This document shows, in pieces, positions 1 through 7,350 of a DNA stretch of 64,000 nucleotides. The notes beneath the pieces were generated by a model. The model did not search any database, was not told the origin of the DNA, and saw nothing but the letters and a program-made list of their open reading frames with translations. Location: NCBI GenBank assembly GCA_965222375.1, contig CBDCTZ010000011.1, positions 544,001 through 608,000 of the forward strand, in the 5' to 3' direction. The position numbers were made by a program, and so were the translations under genes. Position 1 is the stretch's first letter. Every line of letters begins with the position of its first letter. This stretch comes from Polyangiaceae bacterium. Its GTDB lineage: Bacteria > Myxococcota_A > Polyangia > Polyangiales > Polyangiaceae.

Positions 1-350
1 CGTTCTCGACGGACCAGGCCACGGTTGAGACGACGGCGCGGCGCCTCAGGTCCGATCCCGGACCGCTCATTCCGACGGGCTTCGCAGTGGGCGTGGGCTA
101 CGCCGCACGTCAGGTGGACACCTGGGTAGGCGGCGCCGACAAGATTACGAAGGATCTGCTGGTCGTTCGGCTCGCGGACGGGGTCTCCTGGCTCGTGAAG
201 ATGCCCTCCATTCTCAAGGGCGCCGGTTTCGACGAGCCGCTCGGTTTCAGCAACGACGAGGTCTTTTCCACCGCACAGTTCCCCGACGATTCCACCACCA
301 TCGTGCGCATTCGTCTCGACTCCCTCGGACCGGGAACGCCGCCGGACTAG
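1..350 (+). CDS. Hypothetical protein, 3' part (5' end outside window)
   Basis: Frame of ORF 87..350 is open back to base 3; its TAG stop overlaps the next GTG. Confidence 0.5.
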   Translation, partial: FSTDQATVETTARRLRSDPGPLIPTGFAVGVGYAARQVDTWVGGADKITKDLLVVRLADGVSWLVKMPSILKGAGFDEPLGFSNDEVFSTAQFPDDSTTIVRIRLDSLGPGTPPD

Positions 351-1099
351 TGCCTTGCTGGGAAGGGTCTTTGGCAAGGTCGAGCCTACCAATAGCTTCA
401 GCCGCGGCGACTAGCGTAGTGTTGCTGTCGTGCGTGGGTGCAAGCACGAGCGAGACGCGGCGGTTGATCACCAGCGACTCGAAGTTCGTGCACAGTTGCC
501 AAGAGCAGCAGGATGCAACGGTTACCCCGCGTGCAGATGGGGTGGACGTCCGCGTGCGCGAGCTTCGGCGGTGCGCCAAGGGTACAGTTGACACCCAGCA
601 GGTGAGAATCACGCGTTCCGAGCAACCTCCGCTCGCCGTCATGCTAGTCGACTTGGGAGTGATCCTTGGCGGGGCCGCTTTGCTGGGTGCTCGTGATGCG
701 CGTCCGGAGCTCCGGTACGGTGTGCCGCTTGTAGCCATTCCCGTCGGCACGGTGCGACTGCTCTACGACCTCAGCCTGATCAGCACCCACGAACGCGTTG
801 AACTGTTCCGCGATGACAGCCGACTGAAGCGCACGACGGACCGGGGTCCGGCACCCAGTCGCAAGGTGCACCTACGCCTGCCCGACGGTCGCCTCGTCAC
901 TGGCACGACCGCCGAAGATGGTTGGGTCCGGTTGATGCTCCCCGAAGACGCCAATCAAGCTAGCGGCCTCACCGCACTCTTGGTCACCGGTGGCGTTCGC
1001 AAGCGGGTCAGCTTTCCGCCCCGCGCCAAGCCTGCGCCAGATGGCAAGGCGCCTGAGCAACGGCCGGCACCAGGGCCGTCAAATGGTGCGAGCAAGTGA
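350..1099 (+). CDS. Hypothetical exported/membrane protein
   Basis: 249-aa ORF with possible lipobox (VLLSC) and an internal hydrophobic segment; no family recognised. Confidence 0.45.
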   Translation: MPCWEGSLARSSLPIASAAATSVVLLSCVGASTSETRRLITSDSKFVHSCQEQQDATVTPRADGVDVRVRELRRCAKGTVDTQQVRITRSEQPPLAVMLVDLGVILGGAALLGARDARPELRYGVPLVAIPVGTVRLLYDLSLISTHERVELFRDDSRLKRTTDRGPAPSRKVHLRLPDGRLVTGTTAEDGWVRLMLPEDANQASGLTALLVTGGVRKRVSFPPRAKPAPDGKAPEQRPAPGPSNGASK

Positions 1100-1163
1100 G
1101 CGGTGCACCTGCTCGCACCGCGACCGACGGTAGAAGCCCCCAGATTGCAGCAGGGCGTCGGCC

Positions 1164-1265
1164 AGCGGGTTGCGGCAATGCCCTGCAAGACCGCCGACTG
1201 CCTGGCCGCCAGCTAGCGGGTTGCGGCAATGCCCTGCAAGACCGCCGACTGCCTGGCCGCCAGCG
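1164..1265. repeat. Tandem repeat, 2 x 51 bp
   Basis: AGCGGGTTGCGGCAATGCCCTGCAAGACCGCCGACTGCCTGGCCGCCAGC(T/G) starts at 1164 and 1215. Confidence 0.9.
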
Positions 1266-1509
1266 AAACAACGAGATGTTCTTGCCGTGGAGGTGATGCA
1301 TGGCTTGCGTAGCATGCTGCACCAAGACTTGATGCGGCCCCGGCGAACCTCGCCGAACTGTCGATGACGAATCGGGTGTGCCATCCCCCCGCAAAAAAAA
1401 CACAGCTGAGACCAAGGCAGGTCTTTTGGGGGTTCCTGATTGGGGGCAACGGCCCAGGCTGAGCTCCGCGCGGTCAGTTGCGTGCTCGGCCGCGGGCCTG
1501 CGCCGCCGC

Positions 1510-1546
1510 GGCCCCCCAAACTCGGGCTTCGCCCGAGTGGAGGGCC
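1510..1546. repeat. GC-rich REP-like hairpin
   Basis: ACTCGGGC-TTC-GCCCGAGT perfect inverted repeat (1520-1538), extended by GGCCCCCC/GGAGGGCC. Confidence 0.6.
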
Positions 1547-1552
1547 TGTTCT

Positions 1553-1662
1553 TGCGGTTCGGCGCGGTTGCACGCAGCCCCAAAGCACCCCAGTGCGACA
1601 ATTGGCGGCTGCTTTGTGCGGTTTGGCGCAGTTGCACGCAGCCCCAAAAGCACCCCAGTGCG
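1553..1662. repeat. Direct repeat, 2 x ~45 bp (period 64)
   Basis: TGCGGTTYGGCGCRGTTGCACGCAGCCCCAAA(A)GCACCCCAGTGCG at 1553 and 1617. Confidence 0.85.
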
Positions 1663-1699
1663 GAACCTGGAGCGGCTCATGTGGCGCGGCGTGCTCCGT

Positions 1700-2056
1700 T
1701 TACTTGTCGAGCGCCAGTCGGAAGACGAGACCGCCTGGTGCATGCAAATACACGTGGCTCTTGTCGACGTAGTCGATGCGGCGCGCGCCGAGCTTGGTCA
1801 AACGCTCGACGCTGCCGTCCACGTCGTCCACCAGGAACTCCAACCATGGCGCCTTGAGGCCATCATCGTCGGAGAGGGCGTCCGCGGCATCGGTGTAGTA
1901 GATGCCAATGTTGAAACCGTCCTCGAGCAAGTAGAGCTGCATCTGCTCCGTTGCTGGCTTGCTTTGACAACCGAGGCCTTCGGTCATCATGGTGTGCAGT
2001 TTGTCGCGCACCTCTTTGCGCGCGGTTACCTTCATGTTGCGTCCGAAATTTGCCAC
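1700..2056 (-). CDS. VOC/glyoxalase-like protein
   Basis: 118 aa; C-terminal LEFLVDDVDGSVERLTKLGAR...YLHAPGG pattern typical of VOC folds; GAGGTG RBS. Confidence 0.7.
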   Translation of the reverse strand: MANFGRNMKVTARKEVRDKLHTMMTEGLGCQSKPATEQMQLYLLEDGFNIGIYYTDAADALSDDDGLKAPWLEFLVDDVDGSVERLTKLGARRIDYVDKSHVYLHAPGGLVFRLALDK

Positions 2057-2065
2057 AGTCTCACC

Positions 2066-2938
2066 TCACCATTGATGCCAGTCGGTTGATTGGTACACGC
2101 CCAGAGTGGGTGCGCCGTCGAAGAGCTTGGCGAACCCTGCTTGGAAGTTTGGATCTGAATAGAAGGCCTCGAGGTTGTCGCTCTTGGACCAGATGTCCAG
2201 GGCGAAGAACTCGTGATCGTCGGCGCGACCAAGGAACACCAGGTGCGCCACGTCGCCTGCGGCCTTCGCTGGGGCTTCTCCGCCGGCTGCCAGAGCGTCG
2301 TGCTCAGTCTTGATCACGCTCAGATCGCCGGCTCGCAACTTGCCCCGCACCACCACGTAAAAGTGAGGATCGGAAGCCTTGCCCGCGTTGATGTCGCCCC
2401 AGCCGTGCCAGGTCGGTTGGTGCTCGAAGGTTTCCAGGGTTGGGGGAGCCGAGAACAGGGCTCCGAAGCCCTTCTGGAAGTTCGGATCCGCGTAGAAGCC
2501 GTCCATGTTCGTATCGTTGTTCCACTCGTCCAGGGCCATGAACTGGTTCTGAGTGGTGCCCAGGAGCGTGGTGCCCAAGAGCACGTCGTGGCCCAAGTCA
2601 CCGGCGGCCTTTGCGGGGGCTTCTCCAGCGGACGCGAGGGCGTCGTGGTCCTTTTTGGCGTCGTCCAAGTTGGACTTCGCCAAGTCCCCTCGCACCAACG
2701 CTGCGAACGTCTTGGCCGGGGCCCCGGAGGAGCCGCTCGCTCCGGCGCGACCCGCGGCACCCGCGGCCCCCGCGCTGCCGCTGGTGCCGCCCGCGCCAGC
2801 GCTCGCCCCAGAGCCGGCACTGCCCCCGGTGGCACTGCCGCCACTGCCCCCTCCGCCGCCGGAGCTGTCGTCGCTGGAGCACGCCATGGTGCCCAAACCA
2901 ATCAAAACCGAAAAAAGGAACGCTGTGCTACGCATCAT
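2066..2938 (-). CDS. Lipoprotein with two tandem ABM-like (dimeric alpha/beta barrel) domains
   Basis: Lipobox TMAC, Gly/Ser linker, two internal ~100-aa copies (HDALA.xGEAPAKAAGD..H...F.ALD.W....FY.DPNFQ.GF..LF). Confidence 0.7.
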   Translation of the reverse strand: MMRSTAFLFSVLIGLGTMACSSDDSSGGGGGSGGSATGGSAGSGASAGAGGTSGSAGAAGAAGRAGASGSSGAPAKTFAALVRGDLAKSNLDDAKKDHDALASAGEAPAKAAGDLGHDVLLGTTLLGTTQNQFMALDEWNNDTNMDGFYADPNFQKGFGALFSAPPTLETFEHQPTWHGWGDINAGKASDPHFYVVVRGKLRAGDLSVIKTEHDALAAGGEAPAKAAGDVAHLVFLGRADDHEFFALDIWSKSDNLEAFYSDPNFQAGFAKLFDGAPTLGVYQSTDWHQW

Positions 2939-3000
2939 TCACCTCCGCCCGTCCGGGCAAGATCCACACTGCGGCAGCGCGGCGACTCGGACCACTGCGG

Positions 3001-3028
3001 GTCGTTCCGAAAAACCTCAGATTCGTCC
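3001..3028 (-). promoter_or_regulatory. Possible AraC-type direct-repeat operator
   Basis: GGACGA and GGAACGA about 20 bp apart on the minus strand, in the gap between the AraC gene and its divergent neighbour. Confidence 0.25.
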
Positions 3029-3069
3029 CAAAGCCGCTTTGGCTTGCTTCGCGCTGCTACAGTTAGCTC

Positions 3070-4002
3070 GTGGACGCACTCAGTCAGATCCTGAAGACGA
3101 TTCGTCTCCAAACCGGGCTGCTGTCCCGCTCGCACTTCACTTTGCCGTGGGCCGTGACGACCCGAGGTGCCCCCAGCCCCATCTTCCATGCCCTGGTCAG
3201 TGGCCATTGCCTGGCTACGCGTGGTGAAGACGAGCCGATCGCCTTGGAAACGGCCGATGTCGTCGTTCTGCCCCACGGGGATCCACACAAGATGTCGAGC
3301 GATGTGACCACGACGGCCGTGAACGTAGGCGAGCTTCTGAGTGCCAAAGATGCCGGAGGAGTTCCCATGCTCAGCCACGGTGGCACTCGGGGCGACGGCG
3401 CAGTGATCATTTGCGGCACGTTCAACCTGGAGCATGAGGCTGCAAACGCATTGATCGACCTCATGCCTGCGGTCATCGTGCTCAAGCCACGCGACGAAGC
3501 GCGCAAACAGTGGGTGAAGAGCACGCTCGATATGCTCGACCTGGAGCTTGCTCAGAGCCGCCCCGGCGCGGAGAGCATGATCAGTCGTTTGACGGACATG
3601 CTGGTTGCACAGGTGATTCGTGAATATGCCCTGACCACCGAAGTATCGGCGAAAGGGCTCTTAGCTGCGGCCCACGACGAACACGTGGGCCGGGCCTTGG
3701 TGCTGATTCACACCGAGCCTGGTGGCTCCTGGAGTGCCGAGCGGCTTGCGTCCACGGTTGGCATGAGTCGGACCCGCTTCTTCGAGCGCTTTTCCTCGCT
3801 CGTGGGAGAGTCTCCAGCCAAGTACTTGGCGCGCTGGCGCGCCAGTGCGGCCGCGGACATGTTGCGAAAGAAGGATCTCGGCACCGCAGAACTCGCGAGC
3901 CAGCTCGGCTACAGTTCGGAAAACGCGTTCGTCCGAGTGTTTCGGCGCTACCAGGGCGTTAGCCCAGCCGAGTTTCGCCGTCGCATCCGCATGCCTCATT
4001 GA
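3070..4002 (+). CDS. AraC-family regulator with N-terminal cupin (Cupin_6, RclR-like)
   Basis: MDALSQIL start, FH..V.G.C, VLPHGDPH, ICG.F; C-terminal WS.ERLA..VGMSR..F and LGYSSENAF.RVFRR..G.SP HTH motifs. Confidence 0.92.
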   Translation: MDALSQILKTIRLQTGLLSRSHFTLPWAVTTRGAPSPIFHALVSGHCLATRGEDEPIALETADVVVLPHGDPHKMSSDVTTTAVNVGELLSAKDAGGVPMLSHGGTRGDGAVIICGTFNLEHEAANALIDLMPAVIVLKPRDEARKQWVKSTLDMLDLELAQSRPGAESMISRLTDMLVAQVIREYALTTEVSAKGLLAAAHDEHVGRALVLIHTEPGGSWSAERLASTVGMSRTRFFERFSSLVGESPAKYLARWRASAAADMLRKKDLGTAELASQLGYSSENAFVRVFRRYQGVSPAEFRRRIRMPH

Positions 4003-4219
4003 CTGACGTCGTAGTCGATTGCGCCGCATGGACCAGTTCCGTCGACTGACGTCGTCGTGGATTGCGCCGCATGGTGGCATCAGTTCCGTCGACCGACGTC
4101 GTCGTGGATTGCGCCGCATGGTGGCATCGGTTCCGTCGACCGACGTCGTCGTGGATTGCGCCGCATGGTGGCATCGGTTCCGTCGACCGACGTCGTCGTG
4201 GATTGCGCCGCATGGTGGC
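4001..4219. repeat. Tandem repeat, ~4.7 x 47 bp, no spacers
   Basis: GACCGACGTCGTCGTGGATTGCGCCGCATGGTGGCATCGGTTCCGTC; units start at 4001 (43-bp variant), 4044, 4091, 4138, 4185 (partial). Confidence 0.95.
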
Positions 4220-4321
4220 CGGCACGGTGTGGCCGGCACGGTGCGGCCGGCGAGCAAGCGCGGACTCCTTCGAGCACTCGACGGACATCGAACCGCGCCG
4301 GTCACTCTGCAGGAATCCCGG

Positions 4322-4817
4322 CTACGGGACCAGCATCGCGAGAGCCTGCCGCAAGAGGGCTGCCAAGTGCCCGGCGCCTTGACGGCGAGTGTCACCTTGC
4401 CGCCCCAGCGCAGCCACGACCTTCTTCGACTCTCCGCGCCGAAACCCCATGTTCGTGAGCGCACTCAGAAGCTTGGCTTCCACCTCGGCCGAGTTCACAC
4501 GCGCTCGGCCACGCACTCCGCCGATCGGCAACACCTCCGACCTCAGGTCGGCAGCTCCGCCCGCCACGTGGCAGACGGAACGGAGCGACTCACAGACGCG
4601 GAGTTCACGAGCGTCGTCCACGCGGCAACTCGGTGCGTCAATCGCGCGGGCGGGACTTGGACGGCAGCTCAGCGGGTCGGGTGCCGCTGGTGGGCTAGCG
4701 TTACTCGGGCGGCAGCTCAGCGGGTCGGGTGCCGCGGGTGGTCTCGCGTTACTCGGGCGGCAGCTCAGCGGGTCGGGTGCCGCGGGTCCGTCGGCGTCGC
4801 CTCCAACATCGTCTGTT
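4322..4817 (-). CDS. Out-of-frame C-terminal part of the HNH gene: Pro-rich repeat linker plus RuvA C-terminal-like helical domain
   Basis: Frame of ORF 4322..4621 is open up to ~4817 and reads (PAAPDPLSCRPSNAxP)n, then LLSALTNMGFRRGESKKVV...LLRQALAML. Confidence 0.55.
4662..4787. repeat. Tandem repeat, ~2.6 x 48 bp (16-codon unit)
   Basis: CGGCAGCTCAGCGGGTCGGGTGCCGC... starts at 4662, 4710 and 4758. Confidence 0.9.
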
Positions 4818-5871
4818 CAGGCGCGCTGGGGGATTCGCCGTCCAACCTCTGCTGGCGAAGGCGGATTCTTTTCTCAATGTACTTTCGTCCGAAGACCTGC
4901 TCGGCTTCGAACAAGTTGTGCGGGCCGCATAGCAGACGCCCATTGCACGTCGTGCCAGCGCCACCACAGGCGCGCGGGGTCCAATGGTCGAGTTGCACAA
5001 ACGCGCGCGCTCGGCAGCGCTCTCCGCTTGGCGACACGTAGGTGCACTGCTCGCCATCGCGCTCGTAGATTTCTCGGCGGGCCTGGCGAGAGAAGTCGCC
5101 GTGCTCGGTTCCACCTGACCGTTTCGGATGCTTGGTCTTGCCGAGCTTCGTCTTCCCTAGATCTGCCAGCACCAGGTCGAGTCCCCGCTCGATGACCGTC
5201 GCCAAGTCTCGCTTTGGATTCGAGTGACTCATCAAGTCGAGCACGCGCTCGAGCTTGTCCTTGAGGGCCGTGCCGGCTGAAAACTGGACGACAAAACGCT
5301 GCGCGGAAAGTGGTGACACGCGGGATTTCGGTTCCGCCGGCCGCCGCAGCGCCGGGCCCGCCGCCTGCAAAGCCGACGCGGTGCAGGCGGCGGAATCGGC
5401 CGCCTGCACCGCTTGGGCCGGCACGGCGCGGATGCTGTCGGGCACGTCCTTCTTCGGGAAGTATGAGCGGATTAGCAACTCGACCTCGGCTTTGCTCTTG
5501 TCGCAGGCCTGCGCGAGCAACTCGGCGTAGTTCTCGGGTCTGAGATGCTTTTGCAGCATGCTGAGCGCTGTCACGTGGATCCGCCCCTCTCGCAGCAGAT
5601 CCAGGACCATTGGATGGCTGCGTGCAACCCGCGCCGCCGCAATGTGTCGATGAGCGCTGCCCTCGCTGAGCCGCAGCTTGCGGCAGCAAAACTCGTACAT
5701 GGAGGAGCACGCCTCCCTCAGCTCCAAGCGCCGTGCTTCCACCTCGCCGAGGGCCACGAGCTCCGCAGTGACTTTGCGCCGCGAGCCAATCACGCCGCCC
5801 AGATTCGCCAGCACCTCATCGTCCGAGAGCTGATCCATGCGCTTCGACGCACTCGACGAGTTGAGTTTCAT
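4765..5871 (-). CDS. HNH endonuclease with DUF222-like N-terminal region (myxobacterial type), probably frameshifted near the 3' end
   Basis: RDGEQC...C.....LDH..P...GG....N.RLLC..HN motif; N-terminal LGEVEARRL....CSSMYEFC...L.LSEG.A..HI.AAR. Confidence 0.85.
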   Translation of the reverse strand: MKLNSSSASKRMDQLSDDEVLANLGGVIGSRRKVTAELVALGEVEARRLELREACSSMYEFCCRKLRLSEGSAHRHIAAARVARSHPMVLDLLREGRIHVTALSMLQKHLRPENYAELLAQACDKSKAEVELLIRSYFPKKDVPDSIRAVPAQAVQAADSAACTASALQAAGPALRRPAEPKSRVSPLSAQRFVVQFSAGTALKDKLERVLDLMSHSNPKRDLATVIERGLDLVLADLGKTKLGKTKHPKRSGGTEHGDFSRQARREIYERDGEQCTYVSPSGERCRARAFVQLDHWTPRACGGAGTTCNGRLLCGPHNLFEAEQVFGRKYIEKRIRLRQQRLDGESPSAPEQTMLEATPTDPRHPTR

Positions 5872-6455
5872 ACCTACTTGCCTAACACGCGTCTATTTGG
5901 CTTTTCAGCTGACATGCTGCGAGGCGATCGCGATCCCAATCGCCGCGCGCGCCGTCTCGCCGCCGAAACCGCACCCGCGAGTCACACATGCGCCGCACGT
6001 CCACACAAATCGCTGCGCTGGCGTTTCGTGCGCGCGTGCGCGCAGAAACGTGTCAACAAGATTCGCGAAAAAATGCGAAGCTCGGGCGCTCCCTCGGCCT
6101 TCCGCCAAGAATGGCCCATGCGATTCTCCTGCGGGTGACGCCCAGCTCGTACCGCGATGAACTGTCGATGACGGCAGCTTCCGGTACATCCCCCAAAAAT
6201 ACCTGCGTCCAACCCTCTCGGTCCGACCGCTGCGCGTTTCCCTCAAACAAGAAAGTGTGCCGCCACCGAAGAGTGTTGAACCATGAACCGACGGGGTGCA
6301 TGGGGGCCGCAGCCACCGGTTTCAGAGGGCCCGATCTCGAAGTCCAATGGACGTGCTGCGTCGACGTCTACGCAGAATTTGCATCCATCGGATTCTATTG
6401 GCGTTTTTGGAGGCCGCGTTGCAGCTGCTCAACATGGATGTCAAGGTCCGCCCCG

Positions 6456-7295
6456 ATGCGCCTGCCGCGTTTATTGGTGGTGCTGGCCCTGACGCTGTTC
6501 GCAGCGACGGCCAGCGCCAAGCCGCCCAAGGCGGTGCGCCACACCATCAAGCGTGGCGAGACGCTGAGCTCCATCGCGACCAAGTACAACACCAACGTTT
6601 CCAGCATCCTGCGCTGGAACGCGATGAAGCGCACCGCCATGCTGACGCCGGGCAAGAAGATCGGGGTGCCTCTGCCCCCGGGGTCTTCCTGGCGCCGCGG
6701 TGGCAAGAAGGGCAAGGCCAAAAAAGGCCGGGCCTCCTACGCGCCCCGCAATGCCGCAAAAACGTGGCAGGATTTCGTGGCCAAGCCGGAGCGACCGGGC
6801 TACGTCCGGTTGAAGAGCTACTCCAGCGAATGGGAAGGTCAGGTCCTGAGCGAAAGCGGCGAGCTTCTGCCCACGGTTCAGGGCAACGTCTCGGGTGTGC
6901 TCGGTTCCTGGCGAAACAAGACGGTTCGGCCCATCGACGTCCGCCTGATTCGCTTGATCGCGAAGGTCAGCGACCGCTTCGGCGGCCGTACAATCAAAGT
7001 GGTCAGCGGCTATCGCCCCGGCGGCGGTCGCTCCCGCCACCACCATGGCGCTGCCATCGACTTCAGCATCGAAGGCGTGCCCAACTGGGCCGTCAGGCAG
7101 TACCTTCTTTCCCTGAAAAGCGTGGGTGTCGGCTACTACCCGAATTCCTATCACCTACATTTGGATGTGCGTGAGCGCACCACCCACTGGGTCGACGTGT
7201 CCCGCCCAGGACAGCGCGCCCGCTATCTGAAGAAGCGCCGCCGCGCCAAACGCAAGAACGCGGCGCGCCGGAAGACGGCACGCCGCTCTCGCTGA
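6456..7295 (+). CDS. LysM + peptidase M15A (YcbK/DUF882-like) exported protein
   Basis: Signal peptide from ATG 6456; LysM HTIKRGETLSSIA.KY; SGYR, SRHHHGAAIDF, GVGYYP...HLDVR; basic tail. Confidence 0.85.
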   Translation: MRLPRLLVVLALTLFAATASAKPPKAVRHTIKRGETLSSIATKYNTNVSSILRWNAMKRTAMLTPGKKIGVPLPPGSSWRRGGKKGKAKKGRASYAPRNAAKTWQDFVAKPERPGYVRLKSYSSEWEGQVLSESGELLPTVQGNVSGVLGSWRNKTVRPIDVRLIRLIAKVSDRFGGRTIKVVSGYRPGGGRSRHHHGAAIDFSIEGVPNWAVRQYLLSLKSVGVGYYPNSYHLHLDVRERTTHWVDVSRPGQRARYLKKRRRAKRKNAARRKTARRSR

Positions 7296-7350
7296 AGCGT
7301 TGGATAGAGGCCGCCACCGTTTGTTGGGCGACCACCAGCGGCGGCTTCCC

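Noticed and set aside
1170..1367. Transposase C-terminal fragment (AVEVMHGLR)
   Set aside because: Resemblance is too short, and the ORF is mostly translated tandem repeat
4001..4219. CRISPR or TIGR-like guide array next to an HNH nuclease
   Set aside because: Units are contiguous and nearly identical with no variable spacers; no cas or Nop-domain gene in the window
5988..6455. Long N-terminal extension of the LysM/M15 gene
   Set aside because: Non-protein-like composition; the signal peptide starts at ATG 6456
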